64,000 nucleotides of DNA from assembly GCA_963719035.1 (NCBI GenBank), contig CAVRAO010000008.1:256001-320000 (forward strand), given 5' to 3'. Of the stretch, positions 10,502-20,499 are shown in pieces. The DNA is from Methanobacteriota archaeon. Lineage in GTDB: Archaea; Halobacteriota; Bog-38; Methanoflorentales; Methanoflorentaceae. The notes under the pieces were generated by a model that worked only from the letters and a program-made list of their open reading frames with translations, was not told where the DNA came from and did not search any database. A program made the position numbers and the translations under genes. Position 1 is the stretch's first letter. Each line of letters opens with the position of its first letter.

Positions 10502-10837
10502 TTAAATGCTGGAAGATCTCTTGATCTCCTCAATCTGTTCAATCAAGATCTTTTCAATGGCGTCTAGCAAATACTCGAGCGAGGGACTTCTGACTGTGAA
10601 TTTTCTAGGGATTCCTTTGTAGGTCACGGTGTCGCCTGCGTCAATTGAAATCATTGGTTCTCGGACGACGAGATCTGCTTTGAACTCGCTTGCGGCGATT
10701 TTTTCAATTTGGAGGTCCCACATTTTTTCATCAATTTCTTGTTCGATTTCTTGCGCCAGATGCTTCGCCATGTGAGTCAAAAACGCAATTTTTTGATTAA
10801 CTAGGTATTCTTCTTGTAAGGACAACGCCACTGACAT
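10502..10837 (-). CDS. Hypothetical protein
   Basis: ~111 aa ORF filling the gap between the large and small subunit genes; start uncertain. Confidence 0.5.
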   Translation of the reverse strand: MSVALSLQEEYLVNQKIAFLTHMAKHLAQEIEQEIDEKMWDLQIEKIAASEFKADLVVREPMISIDAGDTVTYKGIPRKFTVRSPSLEYLLDAIEKILIEQIEEIKRSSSI

Positions 10838-10956
10838 AATCCTGCATTGTTTCGGAACTATTAAACACTTCTTCAGTCTTTTAGCGCTCATACAGATATG
10901 TTCGCCCCCCACAATCCCCGCATACTTTATATCGCTACGTTTTCAATTAGTCTATA

Positions 10957-11463
10957 ATGCTCATTAGGGGAAACGTGTGGAAATACGGTGACAATGTTAA
11001 CACTGATCTGATAATACCTGGCAAATATTTGAGAACAACTAACATCAGCGTTTTCGCAGCGCACGCAATGGAGGGGATTGACAGAAATTTTTCACCCCGT
11101 GCTGGAGACATAATAGTTGCCGGCAAGAACTTTGGCTGTGGATCATCCCGAGAGCAAGCGGTTCTCGCGCTGAAACACGCTAAGATCGGATGCGTCGTTG
11201 CGATATCATTCGGTCGAATCTTTTTCAGAAATGCAATCAATATAGGTCTGCCAATAGTCGAAGCTAACGTCGTTGATTTTGTCCACAAGGGAGATGAGAT
11301 TGAAGTCGATTTTTCCGCAGGGCTTGTGAAAACGCGCAATAAGGTCGTTCAAGGTTCGAAGCTTCCTAGATTCTTACAGGAAATCCTCGAAGAGGGGGGC
11401 CTAGTTGAATATAGACAGAGACATCCGCGTGGCCCCAGCCTGGAGGAATCTGATGTTTCGTAG
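10957..11463 (+). CDS. aksE: Homoaconitase small subunit
   Basis: [37 protein letters not shown]; YLRT loop typical of methanogen homoaconitase. Confidence 0.82.
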   Translation: MLIRGNVWKYGDNVNTDLIIPGKYLRTTNISVFAAHAMEGIDRNFSPRAGDIIVAGKNFGCGSSREQAVLALKHAKIGCVVAISFGRIFFRNAINIGLPIVEANVVDFVHKGDEIEVDFSAGLVKTRNKVVQGSKLPRFLQEILEEGGLVEYRQRHPRGPSLEESDVS

Positions 11464-11502
11464 ACGTAGGCGCGTAGCTAAGCAGCTTTTCCTTAGAACT
11501 AT

Positions 11503-12456
11503 ATGAAAATCGCCGTTGCTCAAGGAGATGGAGTTGGGAAGGAGATCATACCGCCGTGTATCGAGATTCTAAATCTGCTGTTAAAGGGCCCAAAATTCAT
11601 TGATTTGGATATAGGTTACTCCAAATGGGTAAGAGAAGGCGCGCCTATAACCGATTTAGACATTGATTTGATCAAACAAACTGATTGTATGCTTTTAGGT
11701 GCAGTAACCACTGCTCCCGGGAGCAGCGTCGTCGTCCGACTAAGAAGAACATTTGATCTTTTTGCTAATCTTCGGCCTTTTCGATCGTACGATTTAACCC
11801 CTCATAAATTGAACATGACAATAATCAGAGAAAACCTTGAAGGATTATATGCAGGCATAGAAGAAGTTTCAGTTGATATTGCAGTCACTAAACGTGTGAT
11901 TACTCGCTATAATACGGAAAGACTCGCTTCCTTCGCTAGCGCGTTACAGAACGTAAAAAAAATTACAATAGTTCACAAAGCAAACGTACTTAAATCAGAT
12001 GTCCTCTTTCGAGATGTCTGCGCGCATGTGTTAGATGAGCGCCGCATCTCTTACGATGAAATGTACGTTGATACCGCGGCATACAATCTAATTAAACACC
12101 CAGAGATTTTTGACCACATCCTGACATCGAATTTGTTCGGTGATATCTTGTCAGATGAGGCTGCTGGACTTACAGGCGGCCTCGGACTTTGTCCAAGCGC
12201 TAACATCGGGCCTGACTATGCAATTTTTGAGCCAATACACGGATCTGCACCTAACATTGCTGGGCGTGGCATAGCAAATCCAATCGGGGCAATACTAAGT
12301 GTTAAAATGCTTCTTGAGTGGGCCGGTGAACAAAGTAAAGCTATCCTGCTAGACAACGCAGTCAAGAAGACTATAGAAAAAGGCGTAATGACCCCTGATC
12401 TTGGCGGTATGAACTCGACAAAAGAAGTGACGCGATCGATAATAAGTTGTCTCTGA
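11503..12456 (+). CDS. aksF: Homoisocitrate/isopropylmalate dehydrogenase family
   Basis: GDGVGKE, IRENLEGLY, HKANV, NLFGDILSD, FEPIHGSAP. Confidence 0.78.
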   Translation: MKIAVAQGDGVGKEIIPPCIEILNLLLKGPKFIDLDIGYSKWVREGAPITDLDIDLIKQTDCMLLGAVTTAPGSSVVVRLRRTFDLFANLRPFRSYDLTPHKLNMTIIRENLEGLYAGIEEVSVDIAVTKRVITRYNTERLASFASALQNVKKITIVHKANVLKSDVLFRDVCAHVLDERRISYDEMYVDTAAYNLIKHPEIFDHILTSNLFGDILSDEAAGLTGGLGLCPSANIGPDYAIFEPIHGSAPNIAGRGIANPIGAILSVKMLLEWAGEQSKAILLDNAVKKTIEKGVMTPDLGGMNSTKEVTRSIISCL

Positions 12457-12463
12457 TGATCAA

Positions 12464-13318
12464 ATGATTTTTCCTGAACACTGTATGTATGTTGCAGTCA
12501 GAGACTGCGACGATAAGACAACACGACCATCGGCCGGTGAAGCTATCTATTTCTCTTCTCGCTATATCGTGTTATTTTGGCAAGGACAGGCTGCAATCTA
12601 CGAAGTCAATTCAAATGGAGACGGACTACTACGATCCATCTCGGTTGTCAACGAGATTGCAGGCTTTGCCGAGACTTTTGTGTACGAACAGAAAGTCGAC
12701 ATCTTCAACAGAAGCAGGTTAATTACAGAAGCAAAGCGTTTGTGCAAGCCACCAATAAAAGCTGTAATCTTTCAAGGATTTGATCTTCATTGGACGTTTG
12801 TCTACGATCCGGACTTGAACAGCGTCATAGAGATCGAGGTTTTTGACATCACCCCCCCAGACCCACCCTATCTCGTCACGCTTATCAAGAAACTTGAAGA
12901 TGCAGGCATTTTTGGGGACCTGTCCGTTCAGTTCAAGCCGATCGTACAAGATCTTAGAAGACTTAATGCAGGTACTATATTCCCTTGTTCAGCGTCAGGC
13001 ATTGGATCGAGCCATCTCAACAGGCCCGGAGTTCAAATTGAGGAGGATTCGGTGCTTGTGGGATGTGACATTTCAAGACAAGTACTCGAAGCGCGATTTC
13101 CAGCGTCAAACTTCGAACACGAGAATATATGTCCAACAAAAACCATCAGGCCGCGCAAGCCTTTTATCGCAAAATGTTGCAGGTCAGCAAGAGTTGGACC
13201 TATTGAACTGTTTGGCATACAAGGATACATCGTTCATTGGGGGGCAAACCCGTACGAAGTCGTCTCTGCTATTAGGGATCTCATAACGCGATATACTGAC
13301 GGAGTCAAGCAGGAGTAG
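12464..13318 (+). CDS. Cys-rich hypothetical protein, probably co-transcribed with aksEF
   Basis: 284 aa, 7 nt after the aksF stop; FPCS, GCDIS, NICP, CCRS, VHWGA motifs. Confidence 0.75.
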   Translation: MIFPEHCMYVAVRDCDDKTTRPSAGEAIYFSSRYIVLFWQGQAAIYEVNSNGDGLLRSISVVNEIAGFAETFVYEQKVDIFNRSRLITEAKRLCKPPIKAVIFQGFDLHWTFVYDPDLNSVIEIEVFDITPPDPPYLVTLIKKLEDAGIFGDLSVQFKPIVQDLRRLNAGTIFPCSASGIGSSHLNRPGVQIEEDSVLVGCDISRQVLEARFPASNFEHENICPTKTIRPRKPFIAKCCRSARVGPIELFGIQGYIVHWGANPYEVVSAIRDLITRYTDGVKQE

Positions 13319-13341
13319 CTCAGCCCTTCTGCTTAGAGAAA

Positions 13342-13442
13342 TGCGGAGGGAGGGATTCGAACCCACGAATGCCTTCGCAACAGGATGTCTCAAACAACAG
13401 TTCTTAAGTCCTGCGCCTTTGACCTGGCTTGGCTACCTCCGC
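13342..13442 (-). tRNA. tRNA-Leu(TAA) with 16-nt intron at 37/38 (13387-13402)
   Basis: GCGGAGG/CCTCCGC acceptor; CAGGA-CTTAAG[intron]A-TCCTG; long variable arm. Confidence 0.93.
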
Positions 13443-13939
13443 TGTAAGTTGACTAATCCATAAACATATAAAAGCTTATTTTGGCAACTCGTTTTGCTGT
13501 GAGAGGTTGACCTGCTGAGAGCGTTTTCTAATACGCCCGTCCAAGAGCCTCTCTATCCAACGCAAAAACGCCGTCGAAAGTGACGTTCAACTGTCCTCCG
13601 GCTTTGTGATCCAGCTCTCGAACTGCTGCTCGCCACACCTGATAGTTCCATTTTCTATAGGGGCGTCGATCCACAATTCTAATAGCACGTGAAATAACAT
13701 AAATATGTGTTTGATACGGTTCAATCGGAAGCGTACTAGTTTAACCAGTTCCGTGCTTCCCGACCGTGAGCGAGGATTCGACAAATGATAGCGTCCACAT
13801 TGTGCGTGCCATTTGACGAAGTTCAATCATTCAGCTCTTTTGATGATGCTTCAAGGATCGTCCACCTATACATGTTTCAGGGTTAAAAAAGACGCACTAC
13901 GGATTATGACAGGCCGGATGTAACGACAAACTGATAGGA

Positions 13940-14033
<94 letters not shown>

Positions 14034-14305
14034 ATGTCTCATCTTCGGGAGAATATAGCGAAATCGCTGCGCGTTTTTACCCGATCGATGACAACGATAC
14101 GCTTTATAAAATATATTTTTTTCTGACTTTTCTTCAAGGGCTTGCAAGGCAATGCTTCACAGAGGTTTATTAAATTTTGCCATACTAGTTTTAAAACGAT
14201 TTCTATCAAAAAAAATAAGAAACTACGGCACAATGTTTCCTCAAGCTGCAGCTTAGTACAAGACAGCTAACATTCAAAACTTAGCTAAAGTCGATAGGAG
14301 GGATC

Positions 14306-15253
14306 ATGAGAGTATTGATAACTGGCGGCGCTGGATTCATAGGTAGTAATTTCGTACGCTACATGCTCAGCATACACCAATCGGCGGAACTTGTGGTTCT
14401 AGATAAACTGACGTACGCTGGGAATGTGGACAACCTGAAAGACGTATTAGCTAGTATCGAATTCGTCAAAGGTGACATTTGCGATGAGAAACCCGTAAAG
14501 TTGGTAATGAAGGACTGCGACTGCGTGATTAACTTTGCAGCTGAGACGCACGTCGATAAGTCTATTCTTAACTCCGCTGCATTCGTTCGAACAGATGTCT
14601 TGGGCACTCAAGTCTTGCTTGACTCGGCGAAAGAGCACCAGATTGAGCGGTTCATTCAAGTGTCTACAGATGAAGTTTACGGCAGCACTCGTAGCGGATC
14701 CTTCGGCGAGTCTGATAAGTTAGATCCTTCAAGTCCTTATGCGGCGAGCAAAGCAGGGGCAGATTTGTTGATGTCCTCCTATTTCAAGACGTTTAACTTT
14801 CCTTGTGTCATAACCCGCAGTGCTAACAACTATGGGCCATATCAGCATCCCGAGAAATTGATTCCGCACTTTATTACCAGCGCTATAAGAAACAGCAAGC
14901 TAACTCTTTATGGCCAAGGAGACAACATCCGAGATTGGATCCACGTTGAAGATAACTGCAAAGCTATAGACTACGTTCGTCAGATGGGCAAGACTGGAGA
15001 AATTTACAACATTGGCGCTGGTAACGAGAAGAGCAACTTGGACGTAACGAAAGCTATCCTACAGCTTCTGGATAAGCCTTCAACGCTCATGACGTTCACA
15101 AATGACCGTCTGGGACACGACTTTAGATATTCCCTAGACTGTTCGAAGATTAAGGCTCTTGGATGGCAGCCCCGAATTTCATTTGAAGATGGATTGGCCC
15201 AGACTGTTCGATGGTACCAAGAGAACGAGCCGTGGTGGTCATCGCTAGTTTAA
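14306..15253 (+). CDS. rfbB: dTDP-glucose 4,6-dehydratase
   Basis: GGAGFIG, AAETHVD, STDEVYG, PYAASK, NNYGPYQHPEK. Confidence 0.93.
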   Translation: MRVLITGGAGFIGSNFVRYMLSIHQSAELVVLDKLTYAGNVDNLKDVLASIEFVKGDICDEKPVKLVMKDCDCVINFAAETHVDKSILNSAAFVRTDVLGTQVLLDSAKEHQIERFIQVSTDEVYGSTRSGSFGESDKLDPSSPYAASKAGADLLMSSYFKTFNFPCVITRSANNYGPYQHPEKLIPHFITSAIRNSKLTLYGQGDNIRDWIHVEDNCKAIDYVRQMGKTGEIYNIGAGNEKSNLDVTKAILQLLDKPSTLMTFTNDRLGHDFRYSLDCSKIKALGWQPRISFEDGLAQTVRWYQENEPWWSSLV

Positions 15254-15306
15254 AAAAACGCTTGAGCGGGTTTTCATGGAAAAAAAGGTTCCTAGGGAGA
15301 TGAGTT

Positions 15307-15987
15307 TCAGAGCGAGTTAATATGTCTGATCATCGATTCAAAGACTGTATTCCCATCCACAGAACCCAGAAGTTGCTCTGAGGCTCGTTCCGGGTGCGGC
15401 ATCATAGCAAGTACGTTTTTTTCCAAATTGCTAACCGCTGCAATGTTATCTTGCGATCCGTTTGGGTTTACAGCAGAAGTCGGGCGTCCTTTGTCATCGA
15501 CGTACTTAAAAACGACCTGATCATTTTCGTAAAGCTCTTTGAGCAGTTCAGGGGGAACGACGTATCGTCCTTCTTTGTGAGCTATAGGAAGCTTCACCAC
15601 ATCGCTTGAGAGTGACGTAAAGGGGGATCTACCAATCTTAAGGAGTTTCACCCACTTACAAATGAACTTCGGATACTGATTTAATGTAAACGTACCCGGC
15701 ACAAGGTTTGATTCACTGAGGATTTGAGCCCCGTTACATATACCCAAGATGGGTTTCCCATCCGAAGCCATCTCCCGGACCGACTGCATAATCTTAGTTC
15801 GCGCGGCAATGGCACCTGCTCTTAAGTAGTCCCCGTATGAAAAGCCCCCTGGGATGACCGCGCCATCAAAACCCTCCAAGGCTTCTTTGTACCAAACGAG
15901 TTCTGCATGAACGCCTAAATTATTCAAAGCTTTTTGGACGTCGAGATCGCAATTGCTGCCACCGAAACGAACAATTGCAATCTTCAT
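15307..15987 (-). CDS. purQ: FGAM synthase glutaminase subunit
   Basis: PGGFSYGDYLRAG, GICNGAQ, MMPHPER. Confidence 0.95.
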   Translation of the reverse strand: MKIAIVRFGGSNCDLDVQKALNNLGVHAELVWYKEALEGFDGAVIPGGFSYGDYLRAGAIAARTKIMQSVREMASDGKPILGICNGAQILSESNLVPGTFTLNQYPKFICKWVKLLKIGRSPFTSLSSDVVKLPIAHKEGRYVVPPELLKELYENDQVVFKYVDDKGRPTSAVNPNGSQDNIAAVSNLEKNVLAMMPHPERASEQLLGSVDGNTVFESMIRHINSL

Positions 15988-16004
15988 TAGCACCTTCGTA
16001 ACTC

Positions 16005-16247
16005 CTATACGAGCACTACGCTGTAATCGTGTATGATGGGATTCGCGAGCAGTCTCTGGCACATTCCTTGAGCGACATCAGTTGCATTCTGGCGCGAATC
16101 TGCTTCGAACTCAAGCTCGAAGACTGCCGCTTGTTTCACGGATCGACAATCATATCCAAGATGCTTAAGGGCCTTTTTTATTGTGGCAGCTTCAGGATCC
16201 AACATGCCATTCTTGAGCTTAACGGTTATCTCAGCGCGGAAAAGCAT
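16005..16247 (-). CDS. purS: FGAM synthase subunit PurS
   Basis: LDPE...LLANPIIHDY; adjacent to purQ. Confidence 0.93.
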   Translation of the reverse strand: MLFRAEITVKLKNGMLDPEAATIKKALKHLGYDCRSVKQAAVFELEFEADSRQNATDVAQGMCQRLLANPIIHDYSVVLV

Positions 16248-16446
16248 AGGATGACTGTTGGATCGTAATAGTAAATATTAGTTGTTAATAGATCGTAGTC
16301 TAGCAACTTGATCGATCTAACGCGACCACACGCAAAAAAACGGTGGTGCTCAAAAAACGACTTGAGTGCCCTATTAGACACATTTAGACCTCGTTAGACG
16401 TCAATCCGAACAACTTTAAGCCTACTTCATTGTGGTCAGGAATGTG

Positions 16447-17058
16447 CTACCGGAACCTCTGAACGACTAGCGTTAGGGCAACAGCGATCATTATACCAGC
16501 GAATGAAGGAATCGCTTCAAAACCAGGCACTCCTGCAGCTTTGCCTGTATTGCTTGGGCCTACGGTTGAGGTACTCGATGTAGGCACTGGGGTGTTTGAA
16601 GGATTCGCAGTCGGAGAATGAGAGGCAAACGGAGCTTCCGCGAGTACCTTGCGTTGCAGTGCAGCCACCTCTGAAGCCGATAGTTCTGTATTGTATTTCT
16701 CTAAGACTTTTCCTTGCGGGTCAGTGAGCACGACCAATGGCGGCTTGCTGTAATTGTATAAGTGACCTTGTTCGGTCCCAAGCACGTTGATGTTTACGAA
16801 GCTTGATGAAAGCGCAACAACTTCTGTGTTATTCCATGTGTTTTGATCCATGTTTTTGCATCGCGGACACCATTGTTCGTGTATATATATCAACACGGGC
16901 TTGTTTTTCTCGGCTGCTGTTTTCATCCCCGTTGGATAATCATAAACCCACGCGACTTCGTTTTGCGCTTTGACGCTGACCGTTAGAGAGCAGGTTATTG
17001 TTAAAAGAAGTAGAGCAAGAACGGATAATAGCGTTGCAGAACGAATTGTGAATGACAT
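16447..17058 (-). CDS. Secreted thioredoxin-fold protein with PGF-CTERM anchor
   Basis: Signal peptide, WCPRC, S/T/P-rich linker, VPGFE + TM + basic tail. Confidence 0.8.
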   Translation of the reverse strand: MSFTIRSATLLSVLALLLLTITCSLTVSVKAQNEVAWVYDYPTGMKTAAEKNKPVLIYIHEQWCPRCKNMDQNTWNNTEVVALSSSFVNINVLGTEQGHLYNYSKPPLVVLTDPQGKVLEKYNTELSASEVAALQRKVLAEAPFASHSPTANPSNTPVPTSSTSTVGPSNTGKAAGVPGFEAIPSFAGIMIAVALTLVVQRFR

Positions 17059-17272
17059 ACTTATGTACACTATCACTGTGCTATTTAATTCTTCCAATAC
17101 TGGACCTTAGAGAACCCAAAAGCGATGTAAGTGCGACCCGATCCATTCGATGGTGCGAAAAGGTTTCTAACTTCTTTCATTTCGAGCTGTTCAAATCAAT
17201 AAAAGTCGACGCGAGCGATTGAACTTCACGATAAATTATTCAACTCTTACGCGCACAATAAGGTGAATTTGC

Positions 17273-18397
17273 GTGAGAATCATTCAAGCCTCCTCGTATT
17301 TCTATCCGCATATTGGTGGCGTAGAGACTCATGTCTTTGAGCTAGCTCAAAGCTTGCAGGATATGGGTCATGAAGTCATTGTATTATGCGCTGCCGTTCC
17401 GAAATCAGATCCTAAGGAGGTTCTGAACGGACTCTGCATCTACAGATTTCCCGCTCTAGATCTCCCGTATGTTCCCTTCGTTTATGCTCTGCGACGGCGG
17501 ATTGCGCAGTTCAGTGCTGATGTTATCCATTCGCATTATCCGCCTCCATTCATGTCTTATGGCGCGGTTAAGGGGTTGCCCCACGTCCCACACGTCCTTA
17601 CGTATCACTGTGATCTAGAGATCCCTGATCATATCGCAAACCTAAGGATCCCGAGCGTCTTAAAACACTCTATTCAATGGGTCAACAATAGCTTTTACAC
17701 AAAACCCGTCCTCGATAAGGTTAACCAGATAATTGCTACAACTCGCTCCTACGCACAAAGCTCCCCGGTTCTGCGTAACTATCAGCACAAAATCGTGCCT
17801 AATGGGGTCAGGCTGCAGGCTTTTAACAGCCTACAAGACACAAGCGAGAGAAAGGTTAAGCAAGTGCTCTTCGTCGGTCGGCTAAGCTCTGTCAAAGGCA
17901 TCGACTATCTCATCAAAGCTGCGAAAATCGTACTGAAGCAGCATAAGGATGCAACTTTCCTGATCGTTGGCGATGGAGAAGAGCGACAAAGCCTCAAGGC
18001 GCTTGCCAAAGGCTATGAAAATTGCATCAAGTTTTGCGGGCATATACCAAGACGTGCTCTCGTGGAGCTTTATAAGAGCTCTGCGGTGCTCGTCCTCCCA
18101 TCTTTCACACGACTTGAAGCTTTTGGCGTCGTCCTTTTGGAAGCAATGGCATGCGAAACGCCAGTCATTGCGTCGCGAATTCCGGGCGTGCTCGACGTGA
18201 TCGGCGAGGGAGGTTTTTTAGTAAAGCCGTGTAGCCCACAATCTCTAGCAACAGCTATTCTAGAGATTTTTGAAAATCCAGAAAATGCAAGACGAATGGG
18301 CAAAAAAGGTCGGCAGCTTGTCGAACAGAAGTATGACTGGAAAATAGTGGCGCAGGAGGTCCTGAATGTGTACGCAACTGTCCAAGACCACCCATAA
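17273..18397 (+). CDS. GT4 glycosyltransferase
   Basis: GGVE, FVGRL..KG, EAFGVVLLEAMAC. Confidence 0.9.
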   Translation: MRIIQASSYFYPHIGGVETHVFELAQSLQDMGHEVIVLCAAVPKSDPKEVLNGLCIYRFPALDLPYVPFVYALRRRIAQFSADVIHSHYPPPFMSYGAVKGLPHVPHVLTYHCDLEIPDHIANLRIPSVLKHSIQWVNNSFYTKPVLDKVNQIIATTRSYAQSSPVLRNYQHKIVPNGVRLQAFNSLQDTSERKVKQVLFVGRLSSVKGIDYLIKAAKIVLKQHKDATFLIVGDGEERQSLKALAKGYENCIKFCGHIPRRALVELYKSSAVLVLPSFTRLEAFGVVLLEAMACETPVIASRIPGVLDVIGEGGFLVKPCSPQSLATAILEIFENPENARRMGKKGRQLVEQKYDWKIVAQEVLNVYATVQDHP

Positions 18398-18457
18398 GAC
18401 CGTAGGCAAGGCGCGATTGCGACGATTTAATATATATTAATCGAATTCCATTCTGAG

Positions 18458-19435
18458 ATGAAAATCTGCGCCATTGTACCAATAGCGCCATCTGAACCGT
18501 TCACACTTATCGAAAAATCGATCAAGAGCATAAATGACCTGGACTGCAGTGGGCTAGATTTTGAAGCCTACTATGTCATTGATAGCGGCGGAGAAGATCG
18601 TAACGATCTGTATCAGCTGCTGCCGCCGCATTTTCATTTAGTTTTCAGAAATGACAACAGAGGCCGGCGGGCAGGTGCTATCAATGACGTTCTTAGTATC
18701 ACGGAGGGTGCGGACTACATCGCGTTGTTTGACGTTGATAGCCGCCCCAACATAGATTTTTTGACTGAATGCGTGCGTGAGCTGACAGCAACGAGCAACG
18801 GCGTGCTTGCAAGCGGTTGCCGCTTCGTCACCAATAAAGAGAACACACTTACGAAGATCGTTTCTGTCGAGTACAAGTTCTTTTGTGACATCTATCGCCT
18901 CTGTAGGTGGTCGGGGGGTTTCATTCAATTCAACGGATTGATAGGGGTGTCAAAAGCAGCCTTTCTTCGGAGCACTGGTTTTGACGAACGCTGTGCTTGC
19001 GAAGACTTAGACGTCAGCGAACAGATATATCTCTCGGGGAGCTCTGCGCTTCTCGTTAATGCAAACGTGGGCGAACAAGCCCCCACTTCTATTCAAGACT
19101 TATACAATCAAAGAGTACGGTGGTTCCGCGGAGCAGTCGAAGGATTGCGAAAATATCTTGCTCAGATGTTGACAGCGAACGTGCCGATCTTGGTAAAAAT
19201 TACGTGGCTTAGCTCGCTCTCAGTGCCATTTTTTTCATTCTTGCTAGCACCTTTAGTCCCGCTATACTTACGTGCAATTAAGGCAGAAAGTGACACTCTA
19301 TCAGAATTACTGCAGATCCTGTTCGGCACAATAGGTTATACGTGCTTAATGACACTCTGTGGCGTAGTAGCAGTCGGACAACATCTCACTTCCCGCAAAA
19401 GCGAGTGGGCTGCTGTGACCCGATCAGAGGTCTAA
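18458..19435 (+). CDS. GT2 membrane glycosyltransferase
   Basis: DVD, CEDLD, QRVRW motifs; C-terminal TMs. Confidence 0.85.
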   Translation: MKICAIVPIAPSEPFTLIEKSIKSINDLDCSGLDFEAYYVIDSGGEDRNDLYQLLPPHFHLVFRNDNRGRRAGAINDVLSITEGADYIALFDVDSRPNIDFLTECVRELTATSNGVLASGCRFVTNKENTLTKIVSVEYKFFCDIYRLCRWSGGFIQFNGLIGVSKAAFLRSTGFDERCACEDLDVSEQIYLSGSSALLVNANVGEQAPTSIQDLYNQRVRWFRGAVEGLRKYLAQMLTANVPILVKITWLSSLSVPFFSFLLAPLVPLYLRAIKAESDTLSELLQILFGTIGYTCLMTLCGVVAVGQHLTSRKSEWAAVTRSEV

Positions 19436-19452
19436 TTGAGGGGAGATATATC

Positions 19453-20484
19453 GTGAAGGGCTTACGTAAGTGGCTTGCGGTTTCGTTAACTTTCAGCATA
19501 GTCTCAATACTTGCGCTGCTGCTGCTTACGATCACACCAGGCCAACTCCGCAGCCTCATTCAAATCCATCCAGCCTTCTTAGCTGCCGCGTTGATTGTTC
19601 AGCTCTGTTCTTGGCTTGTCTGGAGCGCCCGAATGAAGGTCATGTCAGAAGCACTCGGAGGCGAGGTTCCTTTCAAAAAATCAGTCGAGATAATATTATC
19701 AAATCTGTTTGCCGCGGCAATCACCCCTGGGCACGCTGGCGGGGAAATCACTAGAGTGCAGTTGTTAAGAAGCTGCAACCTCTCTGTGGGGGATGCCTCT
19801 GCTGTCGTTCTAGGAGAGAGAATGTTGGATGCGCTTTTCTTAGGCATAGCTGCGCCGATCGGATTTCTGTTATTTACCAGGTACGTCGAGACCGGTGCAG
19901 GTTTGATAGCCCTTTTTGGCGGTGCGGCCCTAGTTTTCGGTATGCTCTTTTTCATCCTCCTCTACGTCATCGTAAAGCCACGAAAATTGAAGTCTCTCGT
20001 TGGAAAAGCACATTGGTTGTTCGTCAAAGTGCAAGGCGCTGACAAGGCAGACCAGTCTATGCAAAAATTCGTGCGAGAGATTGATGTCTTTCACAATAGC
20101 ACAAAACGGTACCTGAAGGAAGAACGTCAAGCTTTAGCCAAAGGTTTTCTTTTTACGACGGCGTTTTGGCTTCTGCAGTTTTCTATCGCTTCTCTCATCC
20201 TCGTTGGCCTCGGATCATCTCCGTGGATTTTGGCGTCCTTTTCTGCCCAAACAGTCCTGATGATGATCGCCACGATCCCGCTTACCCCGGGAAACAGCGG
20301 CATAGCCGAATTGAGTACTGCTACGATTTATTCGGCCTTCGTAAGCACCTCCGTATTAGGCATCTTTATTCTCGGGTGGAGAGTCGTCACTTATTATCTG
20401 AATATAGTCGTGGGCGGGCTGGTCAGTATAAGGGTCTTACGAGGTCGCGCCGTAGTGGAAGGCGCAGTTGACGGCGTCACCTAA
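19453..20484 (+). CDS. UPF0104/lysylphosphatidylglycerol-synthase TM-domain (flippase-like) protein
   Basis: ITPGHAGGE, ERMLD, PLTPGNSGIAE, WRVVTYY. Confidence 0.85.
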   Translation: MKGLRKWLAVSLTFSIVSILALLLLTITPGQLRSLIQIHPAFLAAALIVQLCSWLVWSARMKVMSEALGGEVPFKKSVEIILSNLFAAAITPGHAGGEITRVQLLRSCNLSVGDASAVVLGERMLDALFLGIAAPIGFLLFTRYVETGAGLIALFGGAALVFGMLFFILLYVIVKPRKLKSLVGKAHWLFVKVQGADKADQSMQKFVREIDVFHNSTKRYLKEERQALAKGFLFTTAFWLLQFSIASLILVGLGSSPWILASFSAQTVLMMIATIPLTPGNSGIAELSTATIYSAFVSTSVLGIFILGWRVVTYYLNIVVGGLVSIRVLRGRAVVEGAVDGVT

Positions 20485-20499
20485 CGGTATAAAGATGGC

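Noticed and set aside
13587-13826. 79-aa ORF between two tRNAs; possible integrated-element remnant
   Set aside because: No recognisable motif, integrase or att duplication seen.
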